From assembly GCF_001735745.1 (NCBI RefSeq), contig NZ_CP017260.1, positions 1,050,001-1,082,000 on the forward strand: 32,000 bases of DNA. Reading direction: 5' to 3'. Shown here piece by piece: positions 17,184 through 27,393 of this stretch; position 1 is the first letter of the stretch; the number at the start of each line of letters is the position of its first letter. Source of the DNA: Formosa sp. Hel1_33_131. Lineage in GTDB: Bacteria > Bacteroidota > Bacteroidia > Flavobacteriales > Flavobacteriaceae. The position numbers and the translations under genes are program-made. The notes beneath the pieces are model-generated. The model made no database searches. It saw only the letters and a program-made list of their open reading frames with translations, and was not told the origin of the DNA.

Positions 17184-17205
17184 TAACAGCCTTACTTTAT
17201 AAACC

Positions 17206-17235
17206 AAAAAAATCCCGCAGATGCGGGATTTTTTT
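17206..17235. terminator. Bidirectional rho-independent terminator
   Basis: The sequence is AAAAAAA-TCCCGC-AGAT-GCGGGA-TTTTTTT, between the convergent kinase gene and hppA. Confidence 0.8.
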
Positions 17236-17253
17236 ATGACGTATTTTGTAATA

Positions 17254-19626
17254 CTATTTTATACTATTCTCATTTAAAAACGCATCGACTGCAGCTTCAA
17301 CTTCTTGTTCTGTTCCTTTAAAGGTTTTCTCAACCTCTACAACAGAACCGTTCACCATTTTACTATAAGTGATGTTGGCTTTCGCTGAGTTTACAGAATC
17401 TTCTGAATTGTATATAACTTCTAAATTCACATCTTGAGGATGTTCTGCTTCTAAAGAGTGTCCTCCTAAGATAGGTGCAATCACCAATCCAATAAGACAT
17501 GTCAATTTAATAAGGATGTTCATTGAAGGTCCTGATGTATCTTTAAATGGATCTCCAACAGTATCTCCAGTGACGGCTGCCTTGTGAGCTTCCGATCCTT
17601 TGTAAGTCATGACACCGTTGATCTCAACACCTGCTTCAAAAGATTTTTTAGCGTTGTCCCAAGCACCTCCAGCATTGTTTTGGAAAATAGCCCAAAGTAC
17701 ACCACTTACAGTAACTCCTGCCATATACCCTCCAAGCATTTCAGCAACCAACATATTGTTGTCTTGATATACTAACTTCCCTACCAATACAACTACTATT
17801 GGGAACCCAATTGTTAAGATTCCTGGTAACATCATTTCTTTTAATGATGCCTTCGTTGAAATATCTACACATTTATCATATTCTGGTTTTCCAGTGCCTT
17901 CCATAATTCCTGGAATTTCTTTAAACTGTCTTACCACTTCGTTTACCATTTCCATAGCTGCCTTCCCAACTGCATTCATTGCCAATGCAGAGAATACTAC
18001 AGGTACCATTCCACCTACAAATAACATGGCTAATACCGGAGCTTTAAAGATGTTAATTCCATCAATCCCTGTAAAAGTTACATAGGCAGCAAATAAAGCT
18101 AAAGAGGTTAAGGCTGCTGAAGCAATTGCAAACCCTTTACCAGTTGCAGCAGTTGTGTTACCAACAGCATCTAAAATATCGGTACGTTCTCTTACAATCG
18201 GATCTTGTTCACTCATTTCTGCAATACCACCTGCGTTATCAGCAATAGGTCCAAAAGCGTCGATGGCTAATTGCATCGCCGTGGTTGCCATCATTGCAGA
18301 AGCGGCTAATGCAACTCCGTAAAATCCAGCTAAGGCATAAGACGCCCATATCGCAGCTGCAAATAATAATACAGAAGAGAATGTAGAAATCATCCCTGTT
18401 GCTAAACCAGCAATAATGTTGGTTCCTGCACCTGTACTTGATTGTTGTACAATTTTCAAGATTGGCTTCGAACCTAATCCTGTATAATATTCAGTAAATG
18501 CTGAGATTCCAGCGCCTACTACAAGTCCTACTAAACAGGCATAAAATACGCGTATTGAAGATATCTCTTGAAGACCTTCACCAAAGAATTCCATTTGCAT
18601 TGTTGCTGGTAACATCCAAGTGACCAATCCAAAACATGCTGCAGCAACCATTGCAATAGATGCCCAGTTTCCTATGTTTAATGCTTTTTGTACGTCTGCT
18701 TCTTTTGCATCGTTCGATGAAATTTTAACTAATAAGGTTCCGATAAGAGAAATGATAATTCCAACACCTGCAATTGACATTGGTAATAAAATTGGTCCTA
18801 TTCCGCCAAAAGCATCTGTAATGCTTCCTCCCATATCTTTAATGACATAGTTTCCTAAAACCATGGCTGCTAAAACAGTTGCTACGTAAGATCCAAATAA
18901 ATCGGCTCCCATTCCTGCAACATCTCCAACGTTGTCACCAACATTATCAGCAATTGTTGCTGGGTTTCTTGGGTCATCCTCAGGGATATCCGCTTGAACT
19001 TTTCCTGCTAAATCAGCGCCTACATCAGCCGCTTTGGTATAAATACCTCCACCAACTCTTGCAAATAATGCAATAGACTCCGCTCCTAAAGAGAACCCTG
19101 CTAATGCTTCTAAAACAATTGTCATATCACTCGTGTTCGTCCATTCACCTCCCATAAACAACTGAAAGAATATAATAAAGAACATTGTTAAACCTAAAAC
19201 CGCTAAACCAGCAACACCAAGTCCCATCACCGTACCACCACCAAAAGAAACTTTTAATGCATTTGGTAAACTTGTTTTTGCAGCTTGTGTGGTTCTAACA
19301 TTTGTTTTGGTTGCAATTTTCATTCCCATGTTTCCTGCAAATGCAGAAAATATAGCCCCTATCACAAAGGCGACTACAATTAGATATGTACTGTTCATAT
19401 AGAAAGCAACGCCGGCTAAAACAATACTTGCTCCAATAACAAAGAACGTTAATAATCTGTATTCTGCTTTTAGGAACGCTAAAGCGCCTTCGTAAATATG
19501 CTCTGAAATTTCTTTCATTTTCCCATCTCCAGCATCTTGTTTCATTACCCAGCTTTTTTTAATTAGCATGTAGATAAGACCTAAAATTGCCATGCCTATT
19601 GGCATATAAATCATCATTGATTCCAT
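17254..19626 (-). CDS. hppA: Membrane-integral K+-dependent-type pyrophosphatase (H+/Na+-translocating PPase)
   Basis: Multi-pass membrane protein with [31 protein letters not shown] and [21 protein letters not shown] motifs. It carries a ~70-aa hydrophilic C-terminal tail. Confidence 0.9.
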   Translation of the reverse strand: MESMMIYMPIGMAILGLIYMLIKKSWVMKQDAGDGKMKEISEHIYEGALAFLKAEYRLLTFFVIGASIVLAGVAFYMNSTYLIVVAFVIGAIFSAFAGNMGMKIATKTNVRTTQAAKTSLPNALKVSFGGGTVMGLGVAGLAVLGLTMFFIIFFQLFMGGEWTNTSDMTIVLEALAGFSLGAESIALFARVGGGIYTKAADVGADLAGKVQADIPEDDPRNPATIADNVGDNVGDVAGMGADLFGSYVATVLAAMVLGNYVIKDMGGSITDAFGGIGPILLPMSIAGVGIIISLIGTLLVKISSNDAKEADVQKALNIGNWASIAMVAAACFGLVTWMLPATMQMEFFGEGLQEISSIRVFYACLVGLVVGAGISAFTEYYTGLGSKPILKIVQQSSTGAGTNIIAGLATGMISTFSSVLLFAAAIWASYALAGFYGVALAASAMMATTAMQLAIDAFGPIADNAGGIAEMSEQDPIVRERTDILDAVGNTTAATGKGFAIASAALTSLALFAAYVTFTGIDGINIFKAPVLAMLFVGGMVPVVFSALAMNAVGKAAMEMVNEVVRQFKEIPGIMEGTGKPEYDKCVDISTKASLKEMMLPGILTIGFPIVVVLVGKLVYQDNNMLVAEMLGGYMAGVTVSGVLWAIFQNNAGGAWDNAKKSFEAGVEINGVMTYKGSEAHKAAVTGDTVGDPFKDTSGPSMNILIKLTCLIGLVIAPILGGHSLEAEHPQDVNLEVIYNSEDSVNSAKANITYSKMVNGSVVEVEKTFKGTEQEVEAAVDAFLNENSIK

Positions 19627-19770
19627 AGTGTAATTTTGTTTATTTTTACGGGCGTAAATGTAGTAAAATGCTAAGGAACTAAAAAACCTAATTTAACATA
19701 ATTGTAACAGGTGTTTTTTAACCGATACTCTATATCAAAACAAGATGGCGAATTGAAGCCGTTTTACTTC

Positions 19771-22269
19771 TTAAAAATCAGGAGATATTTTTAGTCGAAC
19801 TCCAAAATTGGGGGTCGAACTATTTAGGTTGACAAATTCCGAACGCCATATACAGTCAATCCGAAATATTCTCAAGTTTCCAAAGCCAATATTTTCAATT
19901 CCAAAACCATATTCATAGTATAAATCTGTAGGAGTGTTGTAAATAATAGACGATCGATTGATGCTTCTATTTCTGTCGGATACATTTCCAATAATACCTC
20001 TAAAGGTGATGACACTTCTTAGTTTAAGTTTTTTAATGAGAGGTATTCTATTTAAAATAATGCCATTAAAATGATGTTCGAAATGTCCAACCAGAAATTG
20101 ATCGACCACAAAATCGTAATAATTTAAGAGCGAAAATGTTTTAGGCACTAGCGAGTAAGTCTGATTGGCTGGCACGGGACTCAACACTGATAATTGTGCA
20201 TCTCCAAAGATTTTACCTGCTGAAATGGTATTTCTTAAGAGGCCAAACTTTCCAAGTTTTAAGGGTTGATTATAGGAAAATAAAAGTTTTGAATACTCGG
20301 TCTGTCCTGCACCAACTTTCAATCCTTTTTGAAAGCTTAATAAAAAAGTGGGGTGTAGATTGACCTCGAATTTTCTTTCAACTCCATATCCAAATGCGTT
20401 TCGTGTTGGAGTGTATACTAGATAAAGTTCTGCACTGTTATCCACTAAACTCGATTTAACCTTTTGTTGTGCGTCATCAAAGTAATCAATTGAAAATTCG
20501 TCCGGTGCTGCGGATTCGATGTGATTGTTTGAGTAGTTGGCTCCAACCAGAACGTTTTTATAAACCTCAATATTTATATTAGCAGACACTTTTTTGATAC
20601 GTGACAAAAAATAATTTTCTCCTCTGCTAAAAAGGGAGGAACTCCCAAACCTACTTGATGTACTGCCATTGCTATCTATAATCTTAGCCCCCAATTGTTC
20701 TGTGTCATTCAAATAACTAAGCCCTACCGAAATTCTTGGCTTATAACTGAGCAAGTACTTTGTGTCTAAAAAATACTTGAACTGCTCATCCTTGGTTCCA
20801 TAAGCTACTTTTCCTTTCACTCTAAATCGATCGTCTAAGGATTTGAACGATCTAAATCCTACGGATAGCTTCAATCCTTCAACATCGTTCACCGCGATTG
20901 TATTCCAAATAGATCCAAATTCAATGAAATTAGAAACTTTAAAATAGCCACTTGACAGGGTTCTTATCAAACCTGTTATGTTTTTAATTTTTTTATTGTC
21001 ATTTAGGTTTGAAAGTACAGACTCTGAATCACTGTTATTTATATTCTCTGGTAAATTCTCCTCCCAATAGGCATCGCTTTTTTCAAACTGATCTTGTCTG
21101 TATTGTACAACTTTTCCATCGTAAAATTCAGCTGTTTTTTTATTTGTGAAATCGTAATTTTCGAAGGTTTCAGTACGCTTTACATACAACCCTTTTTCTT
21201 TATCGTTTTTGGTCAACAAAGTAATATCCGCTTCATATACATTGTTTTGAGGCAAAAACACACTGTCATTTTCAATCGAAAATGTTTTTTCAAAATAGAG
21301 ATTCCGAATGAGGTTCAAATTGATTTTAGAATTGACCTTCATACTGATGGCGTTCACAGCAAAGATGCTATCAGTCACTACAAAATTTCCTTCAAATACT
21401 AAATCTCCTTCTTTACGTGGGAAAAAATAAATTCGATATTTAGTTCTTTCATTAGACACAATACTGTCCTGCAACACATAATCATAAGAGCCAAAACCTT
21501 CGGTTGACAGCGGGCTCACAAACGACCTGTTTAAGAGTTCTATATTATTATCATAAACATTAATCTCTTTGAAAATATTACTAATGCGATCAAACACAAA
21601 TCCATCTTGTTGGATTCCAATCTGTTTTTCTGCCTGTATAAGTTCTAGTGTTTTATTTAGGGTGTTATCGCCATAAACATTCTGTATCTTTTCATTTAAG
21701 TAGATGGGAACAAAGAATTTTTTATTTCGCTTGTCCTGTTTTATGATCGAAACTACGGAGTCATAATCATCTCTTAAAAGTGTTTTTAAAAATTTCTGAT
21801 CAATATTATTGAGTCCAATTTCTGTAGAAGCGTATTTTTTGTATTCGTACTGCTCAATAAGGCTGAGTCCATTCTTTTTTTTATGAGCCCAAATACCTCT
21901 CATTATCTTATAAGCAGGATTTTCTTTCTTTTTTAAACGTTTTTTTGGCTTGTTAACAATTAAAATCTCATCCAACGCAAAGCCCGTTTGTAGAACAATC
22001 TCTAGTCCTGTACTTATCTTGCTTTTAAGGTTTAATTCCGTCGTTTCAAATCCGACAAAAGACACCACAATTGCGGAATGGTCATTTTCAGATTGCAATA
22101 AAAAATTACCATCAAAATCGGAGATCACCCCTTCCGTAGAATTCTTGAAAAGGACATTTGCAAATGCAACGGGCTGCTTGTCTTGGTCGTAAACCGTACC
22201 ACTAACTTTCGTTTGTGCAGAAATATGTATTGATAGCATCAACACTATACATAGTAGGTAGTATCTCAT
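19771..22269 (-). CDS. DUF5686-like protein with N-terminal carboxypeptidase-regulatory-like domain
   Basis: The ATG at 22269 gives a signal peptide MRYYLLCIVLMLSIHISAQ. This is followed by VSGTVYDQDKQPVAFANVLF...DFDGNFLLQ and a large beta-rich body. Confidence 0.65.
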   Translation of the reverse strand: MRYYLLCIVLMLSIHISAQTKVSGTVYDQDKQPVAFANVLFKNSTEGVISDFDGNFLLQSENDHSAIVVSFVGFETTELNLKSKISTGLEIVLQTGFALDEILIVNKPKKRLKKKENPAYKIMRGIWAHKKKNGLSLIEQYEYKKYASTEIGLNNIDQKFLKTLLRDDYDSVVSIIKQDKRNKKFFVPIYLNEKIQNVYGDNTLNKTLELIQAEKQIGIQQDGFVFDRISNIFKEINVYDNNIELLNRSFVSPLSTEGFGSYDYVLQDSIVSNERTKYRIYFFPRKEGDLVFEGNFVVTDSIFAVNAISMKVNSKINLNLIRNLYFEKTFSIENDSVFLPQNNVYEADITLLTKNDKEKGLYVKRTETFENYDFTNKKTAEFYDGKVVQYRQDQFEKSDAYWEENLPENINNSDSESVLSNLNDNKKIKNITGLIRTLSSGYFKVSNFIEFGSIWNTIAVNDVEGLKLSVGFRSFKSLDDRFRVKGKVAYGTKDEQFKYFLDTKYLLSYKPRISVGLSYLNDTEQLGAKIIDSNGSTSSRFGSSSLFSRGENYFLSRIKKVSANINIEVYKNVLVGANYSNNHIESAAPDEFSIDYFDDAQQKVKSSLVDNSAELYLVYTPTRNAFGYGVERKFEVNLHPTFLLSFQKGLKVGAGQTEYSKLLFSYNQPLKLGKFGLLRNTISAGKIFGDAQLSVLSPVPANQTYSLVPKTFSLLNYYDFVVDQFLVGHFEHHFNGIILNRIPLIKKLKLRSVITFRGIIGNVSDRNRSINRSSIIYNTPTDLYYEYGFGIENIGFGNLRIFRIDCIWRSEFVNLNSSTPNFGVRLKISPDF

Positions 22270-22316
22270 ATTTTGTACTTCATCAACAATCAAACCAAGA
22301 AAGAGTGATCAGCAAT

Positions 22317-23294
22317 TTATTTATATAATACTTTCTTTACCGCCTTTACAACATCATCGCTATTAGGCAACCATTCTTTTAATAAATTAGGTGAGTAAGG
22401 AGCCGGTGTATCGGCTGTGTTGATTTTTATAATTGGAGCATCTAAGAAATCAAATGCTTTTTCCTGAACTTGATAAGTGATCTCTGTCGATACATTCCCA
22501 AAAGGCCATGCTTCTTCAAGAATTACCAAGCGGTTTGTTTTTTTAACAGATTCCAAAATAGTATTGATATCCAATGGACGAACGGTTCTTAAATCGATCA
22601 CCTCACAAGAGACTCCCTCCTTTGCTAATACATCCGCAGCCTTATAAGCCTCTTTGATGATTTTTCCAAAAGACACAATGGTCACATCGGTTCCTTCACG
22701 CTTGATTTCAGCAACTCCAATCGGTAAAACATATTCGCCTTCTGGAACTTCGCCTTTATCGCCATACATTTGCTCACTCTCCATAAAAATAACTGGATCG
22801 TCATCGCGGATCGCTGCTTTCAATAATCCTTTTGCATCGTAAGGATTAGAAGGCACAATCACTTTAAGACCTGGGCAGTTTGCAAACCAGTTTTCAAAAG
22901 CTTGTGAATGCGTCGCTCCTAATTGGCCTGCAGATCCTGTTGGACCTCTAAAAACAATCGGACAGTTAAACTGTCCGCCAGACATCTGTCTGATTTTCGC
23001 CGCATTATTTATAATTTGATCAATTCCCACTAATGAGAAGTTAAACGTCATGTATTCAACAATGGGACGGTTTCCTGTCATGGTCGATCCCACCGCAATT
23101 CCTGAAAACCCTAATTCAGCAATAGGGGTGTCAATAACACGTTTAGCACCGAACTCATCCAACATTCCTTTGGAAGCTTTATAAGCACCATTGTACTCGG
23201 CAACTTCTTCACCCATCAAATAAATGCTTTCATCGCGACGCATTTCTTCACTCATCGCTTCACATATTGCCTCTCTAAACTGAATTGTTTTCAT
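22317..23294 (-). CDS. pdhB: Pyruvate (2-oxoacid) dehydrogenase E1 component, beta subunit
   Basis: The 325-aa protein has a transketolase-like pyrimidine-binding and C-terminal domain pattern (VIDTPIAELGFSGIAVGSTMTGNRPIVEYMTFNF). Confidence 0.85.
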   Translation of the reverse strand: MKTIQFREAICEAMSEEMRRDESIYLMGEEVAEYNGAYKASKGMLDEFGAKRVIDTPIAELGFSGIAVGSTMTGNRPIVEYMTFNFSLVGIDQIINNAAKIRQMSGGQFNCPIVFRGPTGSAGQLGATHSQAFENWFANCPGLKVIVPSNPYDAKGLLKAAIRDDDPVIFMESEQMYGDKGEVPEGEYVLPIGVAEIKREGTDVTIVSFGKIIKEAYKAADVLAKEGVSCEVIDLRTVRPLDINTILESVKKTNRLVILEEAWPFGNVSTEITYQVQEKAFDFLDAPIIKINTADTPAPYSPNLLKEWLPNSDDVVKAVKKVLYK

Positions 23295-23314
23295 TAATTG
23301 AATTTTATGAGGGA

Positions 23315-23322
23315 CAAAAATA
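23315..23322 (-). promoter_or_regulatory. Candidate -7 box TATTTTTG for pdhB
   Basis: The plus strand reads CAAAAATA. It lies 20 nt upstream of the ATG at 23294. Confidence 0.45.
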
Positions 23323-23359
23323 AAGAATAATACTCAATTATAATTACAAGATTTCACTA

Positions 23360-23387
23360 AAATTTCCTATGCATGCATAGGAAATTT
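23360..23387. repeat. 28-bp perfect palindrome AAATTTCCTATGCA|TGCATAGGAAATTT
   Basis: I verified it base by base. It lies in the divergent pdhB-etfB intergenic region. Confidence 0.9.
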
Positions 23388-23434
23388 AAAGTTTTTTATT
23401 TACTTTCGTACACTATTATAATAAGAACAAAAAA

Positions 23435-24181
23435 ATGAAACTATTAGTCTGCATTAGTCATGTTCCCGACACGACTTCTAAAATTAATTTCACCGAAGGA
23501 GATACCAAATTTGACACCAATGGGGTGCAATATGTCATTAATCCAAATGATGAGTTTGGACTGACCCGTGCGATGTGGTTTAAAGAAAAACAAAACGCAA
23601 CAGTAGATGTCATCAGTGTTGGTGGCGCAGAAACGGAGCCTACACTCCGAAAAGCCCTTGCTATTGGCGCAGATGCAGCAATTCGTGTGAACGCAGAAGC
23701 GATAGACGGCCATACGGTAGCTACTTATTTAGCCGCCGCTGCAAAAGAAGGGAATTATGATCTTATTATTGCAGGTCGCGAATCTATTGATTACAATGGA
23801 GGCATGGTGCCTGGAATGTTAGCAGCAATGCTAGACGCCAATTTTGTAACCAATTGTATTAGTTTGGAAATTGACGGCACAAATGCCACGGCAGTTCGTG
23901 AAATTGACGGCGGCAAAGAAACCATCTCAACTGTTTTACCCCTTGTCATTGGGGGACAAAAAGGATTGGTAGAAGAAAGTGACCTAAGAATCCCGAACAT
24001 GAGAGGGATTATGATGGCTCGAAAAAAGCCGCTCACCATTGTAGAACCCACCAATGAAGCGTCCGAAACGCATTCTGTTTCGTTTGAAAAACCAGCCCCG
24101 CGTGGTGCTGTTAAATTAGTGGAAGCCGATAACATTGATGAGCTTATCAACCTTCTTCACAACGAAGCAAAAGTTATTTAA
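23435..24181 (+). CDS. etfB: Electron transfer flavoprotein, beta subunit
   Basis: MKLLVCISHVPDTTSKI... is a typical EtfB N-terminus. The 248-aa gene is followed by etfA. Confidence 0.9.
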   Translation: MKLLVCISHVPDTTSKINFTEGDTKFDTNGVQYVINPNDEFGLTRAMWFKEKQNATVDVISVGGAETEPTLRKALAIGADAAIRVNAEAIDGHTVATYLAAAAKEGNYDLIIAGRESIDYNGGMVPGMLAAMLDANFVTNCISLEIDGTNATAVREIDGGKETISTVLPLVIGGQKGLVEESDLRIPNMRGIMMARKKPLTIVEPTNEASETHSVSFEKPAPRGAVKLVEADNIDELINLLHNEAKVI

Positions 24182-24202
24182 TTCATTTTAAAAAAAAGAA
24201 AC

Positions 24203-25159
24203 ATGTCCGTTTTAGTATATACAGAATCTGATCAAGGAAATTTCAAAAAAGCAGCTTTAGAAGCTGCATCATATGGCAAGGCTGTAGCAGAAGCTATAGA
24301 CACCAACTTAGTAGCACTTACCTTCAACGCAAGTGAAGCTTCTGAATTGGGAACTTATGGCGTAGAAAAAGTGTTAAACACAAATTCCGTGAATGGGTTT
24401 AATGCCAAAATTTATGCAGATGCCATCAAACAAGCCGCAGAAAAAGAAGGGGCAACGGTTGTCATCTTAAGCGCAAGCGCCGACAGTCGTTATATTGCAC
24501 CTCTTTTAGCCGTTGGTTTAAAAGCGGGCTACGCATCAAACGTGGTTGAAGCGCCTTTAAGTTTAAGTCCTTTTGTCGTAAAGCGCACTGCTTTTACAAA
24601 TAAAGCCTTTTGTAATACTGAAATTTCCACTGCTGTGAAAATTGTAGGCGTTTCTAATAACTCCTTTGGATTGGTAGAGAATTCGACCACTGCACAACTG
24701 GAAGACTTTTCGCCTAATTTAATAACTTCGGCAACTACTGTCACCTCTATTGACAAAGCAAGTGACAAAGTCACCATTGCAGATGCAGAAGTAGTGGTAT
24801 CTGCAGGTCGTGGATTAAAAGGCCCTGAAAACTGGGGAATGATTGAAGAATTAGCAGATGTGCTTGGGGCTGCAACCGCCTGTTCAAAACCTGTTTCTGA
24901 TTTAGGTTGGAGACCACATAGCGAACATGTTGGGCAAACAGGAAAGCCTGTGGCGACAAACTTATACATCGCTATTGGAATTTCGGGAGCCATTCAGCAT
25001 TTGGCAGGCATCAATTCGTCCAAAATAAAAGTCGTCATTAATACGGATCCTGAAGCACCGTTTTTTAAAGCTGCCGATTACGGAATTGTAGGGGATGCTT
25101 TTGAGGTGGTTCCTAAATTGATAGAAAAATTAAAAGTTTTCAAGGCTCAAAATTCATAA
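24203..25159 (+). CDS. etfA: Electron transfer flavoprotein, alpha subunit
   Basis: The C-terminal FAD-binding region reads VVSAGRGL...YIAIGISGAIQHLAGI. Confidence 0.9.
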   Translation: MSVLVYTESDQGNFKKAALEAASYGKAVAEAIDTNLVALTFNASEASELGTYGVEKVLNTNSVNGFNAKIYADAIKQAAEKEGATVVILSASADSRYIAPLLAVGLKAGYASNVVEAPLSLSPFVVKRTAFTNKAFCNTEISTAVKIVGVSNNSFGLVENSTTAQLEDFSPNLITSATTVTSIDKASDKVTIADAEVVVSAGRGLKGPENWGMIEELADVLGAATACSKPVSDLGWRPHSEHVGQTGKPVATNLYIAIGISGAIQHLAGINSSKIKVVINTDPEAPFFKAADYGIVGDAFEVVPKLIEKLKVFKAQNS

Positions 25160-25273
25160 AATTGACAACTTGCAGTTCGATTTAAAATAATCTGAGTTCG
25201 TGTTTTAATCCAAAACTTATTTGTCAAGGGTTTGGTACTTTACGAATTAAAACTGTTCTTTGTGTTATAACTT

Positions 25274-25894
25274 ATGAGTTTAGTTCGTCTCAACATAAAA
25301 GGTATTTCATACAGCCAAACTCAAAGCGGTGCTTACGCTTTGATTTTGAGTGAAGTGGATGGGCAACGGAAACTTCCAATTGTCATTGGAGCTTTCGAGG
25401 CGCAGTCCATTGCTATCGCTTTAGAAAAAGAAATCCAACCTCCAAGACCTTTAACGCACGATTTATTTAAAAACTTTTCCGATCGTTTTGACATTGTTGT
25501 AAAACAAGTCATTATTCACAAACTAGTTGATGGTGTTTTTTATGCCTCTCTTATTTGCGAACGCGACAAAGTGGAAGAAATTATCGATGCTCGAACTAGT
25601 GATGCGATTGCACTCGCATTGCGTTTTTCTGCACCCATATTTACCTATAAAAACATTTTAGAAAAAGCTGGAATCATATTAAAAACGGATTCCAGAAAAG
25701 AAGATGACGAAGATCAGCCTGAAGATGTGTTGTTATTTAACGATTTAGAATTTGAAACCGAGGAAGTAGAAATTTCCGACGACGGCTATGCCTCTAAATC
25801 TATTAAAGAATTACAAGAATTACTAACGAAGGCAGTTGCGGATGAAGATTATGAAACGGCTGCTAAATTAAGAGACGAAATCTCTAAACGCTAA
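25274..25894 (+). CDS. Bifunctional nuclease (DUF151/BFN) family protein with C-terminal UVR motif
   Basis: LPIVIGAFEAQSIAIALE...RPLTHDL is the BFN core. The C-terminal ELQELLTKAVADEDYETAAKLRDEI resembles a UvrB/UvrC-type UVR helix pair. Confidence 0.75.
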   Translation: MSLVRLNIKGISYSQTQSGAYALILSEVDGQRKLPIVIGAFEAQSIAIALEKEIQPPRPLTHDLFKNFSDRFDIVVKQVIIHKLVDGVFYASLICERDKVEEIIDARTSDAIALALRFSAPIFTYKNILEKAGIILKTDSRKEDDEDQPEDVLLFNDLEFETEEVEISDDGYASKSIKELQELLTKAVADEDYETAAKLRDEISKR

Positions 25895-25905
25895 CAACAG
25901 GCAGA

Positions 25906-27303
25906 ATGAAAAAATTAATGCTCATTGTATTTGTATTATTTACAAATATTCAATCGATTGCTGCGCAGGAATCAACCTCCGAAATCGTATCAAGTCAAGG
26001 GTTTACGCTCAACAGTCTTTTGAGAGGGCTTCTCGGAATGTTTGTGTTAGTTTTGATCTCATATCTTTTAAGTGCCAACCGAAAAGCTATCAACTGGAGA
26101 ACCGTTGGGTTTGGTTTGGGAACTCAAGTTATTTTAGCGATTGGTGTTCTTAAGGTCTCTTTTGTTCAAACCTTTTTTGAATGGGTCGGAAGTTTATTTA
26201 TTGCCGTATTAGATTTTACAATGGAAGGGACAAAGTTTCTATTCGCCTCGTTTTCTACGGGTGAAATTGAAGCACCTTTAGTAACGTTCGCCATTTCAAT
26301 TTTACCAACCGTTATATTCTTTTCCGCTCTAACCTCTGTATTGTTTTATTTAGGCATTATTCAACGGGTTGTAAAAGGATTGGCTTGGCTACTTAGCAAA
26401 CTCCTTCAAGTTTCTGGAGCAGAAAGTTTGAGTGTTGCAGGAAACATCTTTTTGGGACAAACAGAATCGCCCTTAATGATTAAGGCGTACTTAGAAAAAA
26501 TGAACCGTTCCGAAATATTATTGGTTATGATTGGCGGAATGGCAACCGTTGCCGGTGGTGTTTTGGCAGCTTATATTGGATTTCTTGGTGGCGAAGATGA
26601 AGTCTTACGCTTATTTTACGCAAAACATTTATTAACAGCTTCTGTAATGGCAGCCCCTGGTGCGATTGTCATTTCAAAAATGCTCTACCCACAAGTGGAA
26701 GCGATTGACAATGAAATTCATATATCTCAAGAAAAAATTGGTTCAAACATTTTAGAATCTATTGCAAACGGTACTACTGAAGGTCTAAAACTTGCATTAA
26801 ATATTGGCGCCATGCTTTTGGTGTTTTTAGCGTTTATTGCCATGATCAATGGCATCCTTGGATGGGTTGGAGATATAACGACTCTGAACGACTGGGTTGC
26901 TTCAAACACATCTTATAAAGTCTTCTCATTAGAATTTATTTTAGGCTATGCCTTTGCACCCCTCATGTGGTTGATTGGAATTGCGAAAGAAGATGTTGCT
27001 TTGATGGGGCAACTCTTGGGAATAAAACTTGCTGCGAGTGAATTTGTAGGATACATACAATTAGCCGATTTAAAAAATCCATTAAACGTATTGCACTTAA
27101 AATATGAAAAATCCATCATCATGGCAACGTATATGCTTTGTGGATTCGCCAATTTTGCATCCATAGGAATTCAAATTGGAGGAATAGGATCCTTAGCACC
27201 AGGACAACGAAAAACACTTTCGGAATTTGGAATGAAAGCACTTATTGGCGGAACCATCGCTTCTCTTTTATCCGCAACGATTGCTGGCGCAATTATTGGC
27301 TAA
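25906..27303 (+). CDS. nupC: NupC/CNT-family concentrative nucleoside transporter
   Basis: Multi-pass membrane protein with the GNIFLGQTESPL motif and a typical CNT C-terminal region. Confidence 0.85.
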   Translation: MKKLMLIVFVLFTNIQSIAAQESTSEIVSSQGFTLNSLLRGLLGMFVLVLISYLLSANRKAINWRTVGFGLGTQVILAIGVLKVSFVQTFFEWVGSLFIAVLDFTMEGTKFLFASFSTGEIEAPLVTFAISILPTVIFFSALTSVLFYLGIIQRVVKGLAWLLSKLLQVSGAESLSVAGNIFLGQTESPLMIKAYLEKMNRSEILLVMIGGMATVAGGVLAAYIGFLGGEDEVLRLFYAKHLLTASVMAAPGAIVISKMLYPQVEAIDNEIHISQEKIGSNILESIANGTTEGLKLALNIGAMLLVFLAFIAMINGILGWVGDITTLNDWVASNTSYKVFSLEFILGYAFAPLMWLIGIAKEDVALMGQLLGIKLAASEFVGYIQLADLKNPLNVLHLKYEKSIIMATYMLCGFANFASIGIQIGGIGSLAPGQRKTLSEFGMKALIGGTIASLLSATIAGAIIG

Positions 27304-27330
27304 ATAGTTAATAACTTTTAAAATTATTCC

Positions 27331-27365
27331 AAGCTTCAATTTCTTTAAGATTGAAGCTTTTTTTA
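27331..27365 (+). terminator. Rho-independent terminator after nupC
   Basis: AAGCTTCAAT and ATTGAAGCTT form a perfect 10-bp stem around a 9-nt loop, followed by a T-run. Confidence 0.8.
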
Positions 27366-27393
27366 TTTTTAACTTCATAAAATAACACTGAAA

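Noticed and set aside
19627-19770. The TTTACGGGCGTAAA hairpin and ACCT...AGGT pairing in the spacer upstream of hppA, considered as a possible terminator or regulatory RNA.
   Set aside because: The stems are short (4-5 bp) or have implausible loops. There is no adjacent U-tract on the relevant strand and no exact promoter box, so it cannot be distinguished from chance.
25160-25273. The TTGACAA/TTGTCAA 7-bp inverted repeat about 50 nt apart, and the GTTCG direct repeats between etfA and the nuclease gene.
   Set aside because: They are short, widely spaced and expected by chance in AT-rich sequence. No supporting promoter or terminator context was found.
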